Shown piece by piece: positions 1 through 9,390 of a stretch of 64,000 bases of DNA. The position numbers and the translations under genes are program-made. How positions within the stretch are numbered: the stretch's first letter is position 1; each line of letters starts with the position of its first letter. A model generated the notes under the pieces. That model was not told where the DNA came from, made no database searches, and saw only the letters and a list, made by a program, of their open reading frames with translations. This DNA comes from Heteronotia binoei (taxonomy: Eukaryota): positions 170,252,001-170,316,000 of the forward strand of contig NC_083243.1 of NCBI RefSeq assembly GCF_032191835.1, in the 5' to 3' direction.

Positions 1-105
1 TAACTTAAATGGAACCTCCATGTTCAGAAACAATGTATTTTTGAATATCATTTGCTGAGAGCACATGCAATCGGGGTATGACTTTCTAAACTTCAGAGAT
101 AATTG
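1..105 (+). mobile_element. Degraded CR1 LINE 3' UTR remnant, left half; continues at ~6542-6625 after the L1 insertion
   Basis: GGAACCTCCATGTTCAG here and GGAAACAGGAAGTTGGACTAGGTGG...CTAATCCATCAGGG after 6556 resemble successive parts of the CR1 3' tail seen in better-preserved copies in this window (29860-29937/33866-33960). Confidence 0.5.
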
Positions 106-230
106 TGTTTTAACAATTTATTGATAACATATAGTTACAATATTTAATTATAACCTTTCTATCTCTAACCCATATGATATTTTCTATCCCCCTCCCTCCA
201 TTGCTAGACTTCCCCCGAAGTTATATATTT

Positions 231-763
231 TGTTAGAGTATTTTGCACGCAGCAGAAGAGCTGAAGGAGAGGGACAGGCAAAACACAGGAATTAATAGAC
301 AAGAGAAACAGCTGTATTCAATGGTAGATATATTTACCAGGAATAGTATCCAATATTCAGAGTCGTTGCCAGGCCAAGGTCATACACAGTAATCAGTACA
401 CACTTCAGTAGATAACAGTATACAGCAGTAAGTATACACAGCACGATCCAAGCACAGTAGCATAGGATCCAACACCAGCAGTGATCGCTGCCACCCAGAT
501 AGCGGGCCTCACAGAACCCACAATCCTTACAGGCAGACTGAGCAAGCTCACTGAGCTTCCCTAAGTACACATACCAATCATCAGGGTTGCATCAGCTCTG
601 TGAGTCAGCACAAAGCCTAATTACAGGTGAGGTCATCCCACCTTACCTCAGTAACAGGTAACAGCTGGATCATGATGCAGCATGACTCAGCATGACATTG
701 CAGAAACAACATTACTATTACTAAGATGGAGTCAGTCAGCCATTTTAGGACTGAGTTCCAACA
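231..763 (-). repeat. 3' LTR of copia element
   Basis: TGTTAGAGTA...GAGTTCCAACA; matches 4841-5373 block for block (offset 4610). Confidence 0.97.
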
Positions 764-773
764 TTCTCCTCTT
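764..773 (-). other. Polypurine tract of copia element (AAGAGGAGAA)
   Basis: Purine run directly before the 3' LTR on the minus strand; it overlaps the gag-pol stop codon TAA (772-774). Confidence 0.85.
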
Positions 774-3700
774 AATAGTTCTGTTCGTTTCTCAATCCGA
801 GCCTTTTACAGTGCTCGTTATGCTTTTCCATAGTCTGGGGTTTGGTAAACATATCTGCCGTATTGTGGCCAGTATCACAATACCTTATGTTTATCAACCC
901 TTCCATGATACATGATCTGACATTTTGGTACCGTATGTCAGTGTACCTATTCCTTGTCTTTACTCCTTCCGCTTTTGCAATCTCAATCACAGCTTGATTG
1001 TCTTCCAGAACTTCAACAGGCTTCTCTGCCTCTATATGCAGGTCCTTTAGTAGCTGTCTAAACCATTCTACCTCAGTACAAGCAGTAGAAAGGGCGCAGA
1101 ACTCTGCTTCTGTGGTGGACAAGGCAACCACACGCTGCTTTTGTGTCTTCCAGCATACTAATACCTCTCCCAAATATATGGAAAGACCTGTTGTTGACTT
1201 TCTGGTTTCACAGTCACTTGCAAAACTTGCATCTGTATACACTTTCAGTGCTAGCTCCCCCCTAGGTTCGATATAAAGACACCAGTCAGCAGTGTTCTTT
1301 AAATATCTCAACACTCGCTTAGCAGCAATCCAGTGATTCTGCTTAGGGTTCTGGGTAGCTCTTGCCAACAGATTACAGGCTACTGATATGTCTGGCCGTG
1401 TCCAATTACTGATATAGCTCAGACTACCAATTAACGACCTGTACATTTCAACATTACATGGTGGGCTATCTGTAACATCATTTACAAAGCCAGTCACCAT
1501 AGGGGTTGAAACAGTTTTGCAATCAGTCATCTTGTACTTGTCCAACAAATCTATGATTTTAGGGTTTTGTGACAGTTTAAAACCTTGTGTAGTTTTTGCA
1601 ATATCTACACCCACATAGGTCTGTACAGTACCAAGATTTCTCAGTTTAAACTTCTTACTTAAGGCTGAAACAATATCATCTGTTTGTTTCTTTGTCTTGG
1701 TTAGAATCCCCAAGTCATCCACAAAAGTAAGAACAATACATCGTGTTTCACCATTTCCCTTGGTAAACACACATGGATCAGCAATGCTCTGGGTAAACCC
1801 TAGCTCTTTAAGTGTACCCACTAGGCATTTTGACCATTGATGACCACTTTGCTGTAGACCATACAAGCTCTTATTTAGCAACCAGTATCCCTTTCCAGTA
1901 CCAGGAATACCTTCTGGTCTCTTTAAATAAATTTGGTGCTCCAAATTAGCATTTAGGTATGCCACACAGACATCCAAATGGGTAAAATGGAGTTTTTCTC
2001 TGGCTGCCACAGTTAACGCAGTCAGAAGTGAACTGCTCTTTAACGTTGGAGCAAACACTTCGTCATAAGTCTCATTAGTCTGTCTGCAACCTTGTGCTAC
2101 AAGCCTCGCCTTATACTTTTTCCCCCCAGACTGGTCTGTTTTCACCTTGTATACCCATCTACTGCCTATGGGTTTTACACCAGCAGGTACAGTATCAGTC
2201 TCAACATAAACATTTAAATGTTTCAGGGAAGAAAGTTCATCGTCCATAGCAGCCTTCCAGTTACACTGCTCTTCCTTGGACAAAGAGAAAATGTCAGTAT
2301 ATTTCTCAGGCTCATGTATAGCAGACATTACAGGACTAAATCTCTCAGGAGCTCTTCTTTCACGTGTAGATCTCCTCAATGCAGGCTCATCAGTTGGCAC
2401 ATTCCTCCCGGATAATTCCTCACGAGTAGGCTTCTCCTCCATCTCCTCCTCGTCAGGCATCTCTTCTTTTGGGGTTAACTCAGCCGCCTCTCCCTCCTCT
2501 GGGTTGCTAGGCATCGAGCTGACTTGTAACCGGATTCCTTGGTCATCCTCAGGACAGAACGCTGGCGATTGGGTGCAACGATCCCAGCCCTCTGATCTCT
2601 CCAGAAACGTGGCTGAAGCACTAATCACCACCTCACGACTGTCGAGCGTGCCAAAACGATAACAGCTCCCGTTTCTCTCATACCCGAGAAACCTCATACG
2701 TCTAGCCTTCAGTTGGCCTTTACGTCTGAGCTGTTGAGGAATATGAACAAAAGCTGTAACTCCAAATACATGCAAATTTGCCAAGTTAGTTACCTTGTCA
2801 TGCCATAGGCTTGCTGGTATTTTGCCAGTAGATGAACACCAAACTCTGTTCAGGTTGTAGTTGGCACAGCACATAGCCTCTGCCCAAAATCTCCAGGGCA
2901 TATCTGCATCACGTAACATACACTGGCACATGTCTTGCAATGTACGGCCTCTTCTCTCACAAAAAGCATTATGGGTAGGTCTGTACGGAGCAGTCAAACG
3001 GTGCTCAATCCCAAGCTCTGCAAACAAACTTTGAAAACGTTTATTAACAAATTCCGAGCCTCTATCAGAAATAATGCATGCAGGCACATTTCCAGTTTTT
3101 CTCTTAACAAACCTTAGCCAATTCTGCACATTTTGAAAGGTTTCAGTTTTAGCTTTCAACAGGTAAACAAAACCATACCTTGAATAGTGATCTTCTATAC
3201 TTAAGACATATTTGGCCCCGCCCACTGACTCCTTAAAGGGCCCTATCAGGTCTAAGAACACTAGGTCAAGAGGTTTCTTACTAGTAAATTTACTTGGAGT
3301 ACGCACAGGAGCTTTTGTAGACTTTACCAGCTTGCAGATTTCACAGTCAAGAAATTCCTTGCAAGGTTTAAGACTAAGGCCTTCTGCCTGTTCCACAGTC
3401 TTCTTTAGAGCAGGAAAACCAGCATGGCCTAATTTCCTGTGTAAAAGATGACAGCAATTATCATGCACTGGTTTATTTACACAGACGTTATTACACGTTT
3501 GTACCTTGGTATGCAAGAAGTATAAATCTTCCTTCAGCATTGCCTTTACACACACACCGTCACTGGTCCTCAGCTCACAGCACGAGGTGTCAAATTGCAG
3601 TTTGAAACCTTCCCTGCACAGAGCAGACACAGACAGCAGATTCATCTTAAGTGAAGGAACAAAACCCATTTGAAGCTCCTTCCTTAGGCTTGGCAGGAAC

Positions 3701-4695
3701 ACTTTCCCTCTGCCAAAAACAGTTGCCTTAACTCCATCTGCTAAAACAACAGACTGGTTATCAACAGGTGTGTAAGTAGTAAACAAACTCCTCTCTCTAC
3801 AGAGGTTCTCCGACGCTCCGCTGTCAATTAGGAAAGATTGAGTGTGGTTAGTTGACTTACCAGTAGTAACGAGATGCACATTACCACTCTTATCAGCAGA
3901 CCTCATTCCAGACCGTCTCTCTTTCCCTTTCTGGCCTTGACAATTCCTAAACAAATGTCTGGATGAGCCACACCGGAAGGATTTCTTCCTTACAGCCATT
4001 ACATTACCTGTTTGACAGTCAGGATCCTCCTTAACAGTAAATCCACTGCCCCTCTCTGGCTTACAGACAGGCTTTCTCTCCGCACGTAGAGAGGAATTGG
4101 ACTGTCTCTTGCCATATTCATCAAGAAGCCGTCCAGTTACGACGTTCATGGTCAACCCTGTCTCAGGCAAACCCTCCAGGCTCGTTATCACAGCGTCATA
4201 TGATGCATCTAAAGAACTTAAAAGTATGCACACCTCCTGTGATTCAGAAAACATTTGGTTATGCTCTCTTAGCTCTAGAAACATCCTACGCATAGACTCT
4301 ATATGAGATAACATATCAGCATTAGCTGCCAGCCTGGTATGCAGAAGCTTCCTCACCAAACGAATCTGAGAACCGACAGTTCCTCGGACGTAAATTTCCT
4401 TCAAAGCATTCCAGCAGTCATTAGCCGTCTCCAGTCCTGCTATATGCACCAGCTGGGAGTCGTCTAGAGAAAGACCTATTAAAGACAAAGCCTTAACATC
4501 CTTTTTACGCAAAAGGTCTGCAGCTTTTCTGTCTTCAGCAGCTGCCAACAACCCCCGTAAAGGAGCAGCCACCACCTCCCACAGCTCTTGGTGCTTTAAT
4601 AACAGACTGACCTTCTGGGACCACGTAGCATAGTTAGTCCCATTCAGCTTAGTAATGCTGAGCCCAGAGAAGGAAACAACATTTGCAGCTTCCAT
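772..4695 (-). CDS. Copia Gag-Pol polyprotein, 1307 aa, single uninterrupted ORF
   Basis: Gag knuckle-like SFRCGSSRHLFRNC. Protease FLIDSGAS. Integrase HRKLGH...CEIC, D(LIGP), D(RGSEF)-x35-E and GKGY-type motif. RT YKARLVAQG and FVDD. RNase H YTDASF, TTEAEF, LEDNQA, TADMFTK. Confidence 0.97.
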   Translation of the reverse strand: MEAANVVSFSGLSITKLNGTNYATWSQKVSLLLKHQELWEVVAAPLRGLLAAAEDRKAADLLRKKDVKALSLIGLSLDDSQLVHIAGLETANDCWNALKEIYVRGTVGSQIRLVRKLLHTRLAANADMLSHIESMRRMFLELREHNQMFSESQEVCILLSSLDASYDAVITSLEGLPETGLTMNVVTGRLLDEYGKRQSNSSLRAERKPVCKPERGSGFTVKEDPDCQTGNVMAVRKKSFRCGSSRHLFRNCQGQKGKERRSGMRSADKSGNVHLVTTGKSTNHTQSFLIDSGASENLCRERSLFTTYTPVDNQSVVLADGVKATVFGRGKVFLPSLRKELQMGFVPSLKMNLLSVSALCREGFKLQFDTSCCELRTSDGVCVKAMLKEDLYFLHTKVQTCNNVCVNKPVHDNCCHLLHRKLGHAGFPALKKTVEQAEGLSLKPCKEFLDCEICKLVKSTKAPVRTPSKFTSKKPLDLVFLDLIGPFKESVGGAKYVLSIEDHYSRYGFVYLLKAKTETFQNVQNWLRFVKRKTGNVPACIISDRGSEFVNKRFQSLFAELGIEHRLTAPYRPTHNAFCERRGRTLQDMCQCMLRDADMPWRFWAEAMCCANYNLNRVWCSSTGKIPASLWHDKVTNLANLHVFGVTAFVHIPQQLRRKGQLKARRMRFLGYERNGSCYRFGTLDSREVVISASATFLERSEGWDRCTQSPAFCPEDDQGIRLQVSSMPSNPEEGEAAELTPKEEMPDEEEMEEKPTREELSGRNVPTDEPALRRSTRERRAPERFSPVMSAIHEPEKYTDIFSLSKEEQCNWKAAMDDELSSLKHLNVYVETDTVPAGVKPIGSRWVYKVKTDQSGGKKYKARLVAQGCRQTNETYDEVFAPTLKSSSLLTALTVAAREKLHFTHLDVCVAYLNANLEHQIYLKRPEGIPGTGKGYWLLNKSLYGLQQSGHQWSKCLVGTLKELGFTQSIADPCVFTKGNGETRCIVLTFVDDLGILTKTKKQTDDIVSALSKKFKLRNLGTVQTYVGVDIAKTTQGFKLSQNPKIIDLLDKYKMTDCKTVSTPMVTGFVNDVTDSPPCNVEMYRSLIGSLSYISNWTRPDISVACNLLARATQNPKQNHWIAAKRVLRYLKNTADWCLYIEPRGELALKVYTDASFASDCETRKSTTGLSIYLGEVLVCWKTQKQRVVALSTTEAEFCALSTACTEVEWFRQLLKDLHIEAEKPVEVLEDNQAVIEIAKAEGVKTRNRYTDIRYQNVRSCIMEGLINIRYCDTGHNTADMFTKPQTMEKHNEHCKRLGLRNEQNY

Positions 4696-4807
4696 CTCTG
4701 CTACTTATCACTGGACACCTGGGCAACTTGGCAGTCTGCCTCCGTCTCTTCCAAAACACTGTGTTGCCTCCTCTGTCTTCAGAACAGCAGCACCTCTAGA
4801 AACACTG

Positions 4808-4838
4808 GGCGCAGCGGAAGCGTGCTGGGCCCATAACC
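4808..4838 (-). other. Primer-binding site complementary to the 5' half of initiator tRNA-Met
   Basis: The + strand reads GGCGCAGCGGAAGCGTGCTGGGCCCATAACC, i.e. nt 9-39 of vertebrate tRNA-iMet as recalled; it lies 2 nt inside the 5' LTR. Confidence 0.93.
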
Positions 4839-4840
4839 AA

Positions 4841-5373
4841 TGTTAGAGTATTTTGCACGCAGCAGAAGAGCTGAAGGAGAGGGACAGGCAAAACACAGGA
4901 ATTAATAGACAAGAGAAACAGCTGTATTCAATGGTAGATATATTTACCAGGAATAGTATCCAATATTCAGAGTCGTTGCCAGGCCAAGGTCATACACAGT
5001 AATCAGTACACACTTCAGTAGATAACAGTATACAGCAGTAAGTATACACAGCACGATCCAAGCACAGTAGCATAGGATCCAACACCAGCAGTGATCGCTG
5101 CCACCCAGATAGCGGGCCTCACAGAACCCACAATCCTTACAGGCAGACTGAGCAAGCTCACTGAGCTTCCCTAAGTACACATACCAATCATCAGGGTTGC
5201 ATCAGCTCTGTGAGTCAGCACAAAGCCTAATTACAGGTGAGGTCATCCCACCTTACCTCAGTAACAGGTAACAGCTGGATCATGATGCAGCATGACTCAG
5301 CATGACATTGCAGAAACAACATTACTATTACTAAGATGGAGTCAGTCAGCCATTTTAGGACTGAGTTCCAACA
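4841..5373 (-). repeat. 5' LTR of copia element
   Basis: Identical by eye to 231-763; followed on the minus strand by the PBS. Confidence 0.97.
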
Positions 5374-6702
5374 TATTTAAATTCAATTATAAAGGTACCC
5401 CTAACCAATCAAAGTTCAGTGTCTTTTTCTTCTCATTCATGTTAAAAAATTGTCCAATGTCTTTTTACGTTCCACTCTTGCTCTATATATCTTTTAAATT
5501 TCTTCCACTCATTTTTAAACACCTCCAAATCACAGTCTCTTAAAGTTCTTGTTAATTTATCCATCTCACTCCACGATAAAACTTTCACAATCCAATCCCA
5601 TTTCTCTGGTATTTTTTCTTGCTTCCACAACTGTGCATACAATGTCCTAGCAGCTGAGAGCAAGTACCAAATTAAAGTCCTGTCTTCTTTTTGAAATTTT
5701 TCTATTTGTAATCCTAGCAGAAAAGTCTCTGCAACTTTCTTAAAGTCATAGCCCAAAATTTTAGAGATTTCTTGTTGTATCATTCGCCAAAACTTTTTCG
5801 CTTTTTCACAAGTCCACCACATATGAAAAAAAGAACCCTCATGATGTTTACATTTCCAACATCTATCCGAACATCTTTTTACTCATCTTTGCCAGTTTCT
5901 TCGGAGTCATATACCACCTATACATCATTTTAAAACAGTTCTCCTTAATATTCTGACATGTTGATATCTTCATCGAGTTCTTCCAAAGATACTCCCAAGT
6001 GTCCATTTGAATTTCTCTGTTCACATTGATTGCCCATTTGAGATTTTACTACTTCCTCTTCTGTAGACCATTTCAATAATAATTTATATACTTTCGATAT
6101 TAATTTTTCATTGTCTCCAAGCAGAACCCTTTCCAGTTTTGTTTGCTCACATCTAATTCCATCAGACTTAATATCATTTTCCATCAGACTTTTTATTTGT
6201 TGCATTTGAAACCAGTCATATTTATTACTTAGCTCTTCTGCAGATTTTAATTCAACTTTCTCACCTTGAATCTTTAGCAACTGATTGTATGACATCGCTC
6301 TTTCTTCCTCAGATTCAGCTGTTATTTTTATTACTTCTGCTGGCACTATCCAGAGCGGCTTCCTCTCATCACCATATGTCTTATATTTTATCCAAGTATT
6401 TAGTAAGCTGTTTCTAATATAGTGGTGAGAAAAAAGACCATCCATCTTATTTTTCCCATAATACAAATACGCGTGCCAGCCGAATTTATTCCCATGAGCT
6501 TCTAACCGTAAAGGTTTTTTTATCTAACAGCATTATCCAATCTTCAGAGATAATTGGATACTCATTGGTGGAAACAGGAAGTTGGACTAGGTGGAGCACC
6601 ATTGTCTAATCCATCAGGGCTGTTAGTTCTATCCATCGGAACTAGGTCTGAATGTGGGAAATGTATTACTCCAGCTAAACAAGCCCTCAGGCAGTATTTT
6701 AT

Positions 6703-7060
6703 TTATTTAATGTAAAACATTTCTATACCACTTTTCCACTAATTCAGGGCCCCCAAGGCAGCAAACATTAAAACATTTCAGACATTAAAAAGCAGTTAAA
6801 ATACAAATGCATATAAAATATTTAAAACAAACATAAATACAAAAATGTATAAATACAAACATATAACAACCACAGGGAGGAAGGCTAATAGGAGGGAATG
6901 CAAGACAAAAGGAAAAAAGTCTTCACCCACTGGAGAAAGACAATGGTAGGAGGAGTTCCAAAGTTTTGGCACCATGACCAAGAAGTCATTTTCTCAGGTC
7001 TACCTACCCTCAGATGGCAGGGACACCTGAAACAGGACCTCTGAAGGTGACTGTTGTGTT
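6703..7060 (-). mobile_element. L2-type LINE 3' end remnant (approximate bounds)
   Basis: ATTT-repeat tail followed by sequence resembling the reverse complement of the L2 3' end at 37375-37862. Confidence 0.45.
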
Positions 7061-8492
7061 ACAGTACCATCCATTCACCAGACTTCTCACATACCAACTG
7101 ATGTGATCAAGACTGCAGTGTGCCATAAGCAATGAATAGGAGATCTTCTGCTTAGATAATACAACAAAGCCACATGCTATAGCAGGGCAAGAAAAATAAT
7201 GAACCCAATGTACAAATGATGGTTGGCTGTTAGGGACAGGGACAGTATCTGCAAACTATTTTAATGTTGTAGTTATTAGATTTATTTTATTTATTTATTT
7301 GAAGTGGAATAGATTTCAGAGTCTCATCATCTTTTCAGTATTCCTTTTTTATTATTTTCTTATATTCATGGTTTGTACAAATAAACCAATACCTCCAGCA
7401 TGAATGAAATTCACTTCATTCTCAGGAACAGAGTGACTTAGAAATTGTTACAGTCAGATGTTAGCTTAAAGGGTAAAAATAGTCAGATTGTTTCACAACA
7501 GCTTTAATGTTGTGGTGCAGATTGTCATTTTTGCTTCCCTCTTTCTATGCATTATTTTTACTTGTAGTATTTTAACAGTTAACTACATAAAATCCAGTTT
7601 GTGTTCTCAAAAGCATGGCAGATGTAATAGATCTCTGGGATACACAAAATCACAGGAGAAAACAGTGTTGGAAGGATATCTCAATGGCCTTAGTAATTTG
7701 TCAAGTAGCACTAAAATTCACATCCTGGACATTACATTTGAAGGTCTATATAAGGATGTGAAACCTCTTTCAGAGAGCTCCACTGCATGTGAAGTAACTG
7801 TACTTGGAAAACAGTGAGGCACGGGAAGTTTCAACATTGAATAGAGATTTCCCAACAAAAATCAAGCACAGACCCTTGGCCAAGAAAAGATTGCTTGGAC
7901 AGAATTATTATATTGTTGACAATTAACAATCCTCCTTTTTTGCAAATTCAGCTAGGATGGTGGCTTTCTGCATAGCTACCTAGAAGCAGTAATGAGCGGA
8001 ATGAGGGCCAGTAAAATTAAACTCAGTTTAAATTACTAGGATCTTAGGGGTAGATAATATAGCCAGGCAGGGGTTGTTACTTTCCCATAACAGACCAGTT
8101 TTTCTGCTTAGCGGTGCTACTGGATCATCATAAGCAGATGAAGGCTCAGGTGTCAATCTATGGCACATAGTGCCTTTAGGCAGTTTTCAGTTGGCGGGCT
8201 AGCTGTGGCTGTTTCTTGGCAGGCATGATCTGAGTTATATGTGGTCTTATCATACCAAGGTTAGAGGAATGTAATGCACTAAATGTGTGTAGCTGTCCAC
8301 TGCAGTCTGCTCGGAAATTTCCGTTTGTGCAAAATGAAGTGCTAAGATGGCTGGCTGGCATGAATTTTGAAGAACCCCCCGCCCCATAGACTGAACACAG
8401 TTCAAAGGGTCAGTGTCACCCTTAAAACCTGAAATTGATTGAGACCTTGACTGAACCAGGATCTTTAAAGGATCATTCTCTTCCATGTGAAC

Positions 8493-8790
8493 CTGCCCAA
8501 CATTTATTTATTTATTTGATTTATATCCCGCCCTCCCCACCAAGGTGAGCTCAGGGCGGCTTACAACATAAAAGCATAGAACAATAACATTAATAAATAT
8601 TAAAATACATATTCAATAATTTACAGTAGTTAAAACAATTAAGACGAAGGAACAGAAACAGTCTATTAATTTGGTGTTAATCTGATGGTGATGGGCTTCC
8701 TCCGAAGTTCTTAAATGCCAGTCAGTTGTATGCTAACCTGGAGAGGACAGTCTTGCAGGCCTTGCGGAACTGTCCAATTAAGATCTTTGG
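8493..8790 (-). mobile_element. L2-type LINE 3' end remnant (approximate bounds)
   Basis: ATTT tail plus TTTATATCCCGCCCTCCCC...GAGCTCAGGGCGGCTTACA, the typical squamate L2 3' terminus. Confidence 0.55.
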
Positions 8791-9189
8791 AGACCTTGTT
8801 GCATGCATTTGCCTTCAGGTGGGTGGGTACCCAAGAAAGGGCCATCTCTGTTGTAGCATCTTCACTGTGTACCTCTTCCCCTACAATTGTTTAGCTATGC
8901 TAGGTTTGTTAAACTATTAGACAAATCAGTTGAAACAGTTTTTTCCTCCAGCTTTTTGTAAATGTTGGTGACTTTGCTGTTTACCTCTGGTCAGTAACCA
9001 TCTTCTTGATGCATTGACGATTTTTTTCTTCTTTGGGGTTTATATCCTTAAAAACAAACCCCCTCAATTTTATCCACATGGAGAGAACTCTATATATACA
9101 ATATCAAGGAAGATGGGAAAATGTTCGCATCATTTGTTGCATATCCTCCACTGCCAACATTTTCTTTAATGAGCATGATATAACAGAGG

Positions 9190-9390
9190 CCTGCGCTGGA
9201 TAGTCCAGGCTAGCCTGATCTTGACAGGTCTCAGAAGCTAAGGAAGGTCGGCCCTCATTAGTATTCAGATGGGAAGCCACTAAGGAATGCCATATTGCTA
9301 TGCAGAGAACATAACAGCAAACTACCTCTGAGAATTTTTTTGTCCTGAAAATCCTACAAAGTCATCACTAGTCAGCTGTGACTTGGTAGC
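9190..9390 (+). mobile_element. 5S rRNA-derived SINE (5S-Sauria-like), degraded
   Basis: GCCTGATCTTG...TCTCAGAAGCTAAG...GGTCGGCCC...TTAGTA...GATGGGA resembles the 5S rRNA internal promoter region; it is followed by a non-5S, Sauria/BovB-like tail. Confidence 0.65.

Larger units (their letters stand above)
231..5373 (-). mobile_element. Full-length Ty1/copia LTR retrotransposon (5,143 bp), structurally intact
   Basis: Two 533-bp LTRs with TG...CA ends (231-763, 4841-5373). TSD TATTT at 226-230 and 5374-5378. PBS and PPT are present. Domain order gag-PR-IN-RT-RNase H is diagnostic of copia. Confidence 0.98.
106..6541 (-). mobile_element. 5'-truncated L1-clade LINE (ORF2 C-terminus plus 3' UTR), interrupted by the copia element at 231-5373
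   Basis: ORFs 5945-6466 and 5442-5822 (-) give L1-like ORF2 C-terminal sequence, including the Cys-rich motif CWKCKHHEGSFFHMWWTC. AATAAA lies at 117-122 (-). A 15-bp direct repeat CTTCAGAGATAATTG at 91-105 and 6542-6556 brackets it as a TSD. Confidence 0.8.

Noticed and set aside
764-780. env-like ORF between pol and the 3' LTR
   Set aside because: The pol stop codon overlaps the PPT, so there is no room for one.
4808-4838. tRNA-Met gene
   Set aside because: Only nt 9-39 are present, with no acceptor stem or T arm; its position beside the LTR identifies it as a PBS.
682-4846. Plus-strand ORFs over the copia (e.g. 998-1276, 2276-2662, 3212-3451)
   Set aside because: Antisense shadows of the gag-pol frame, with no recognisable domains.
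9190-9290. 5S rRNA gene
   Set aside because: Diverged and partial, and fused to a SINE tail; a similar short fragment lies near 15830-15870.
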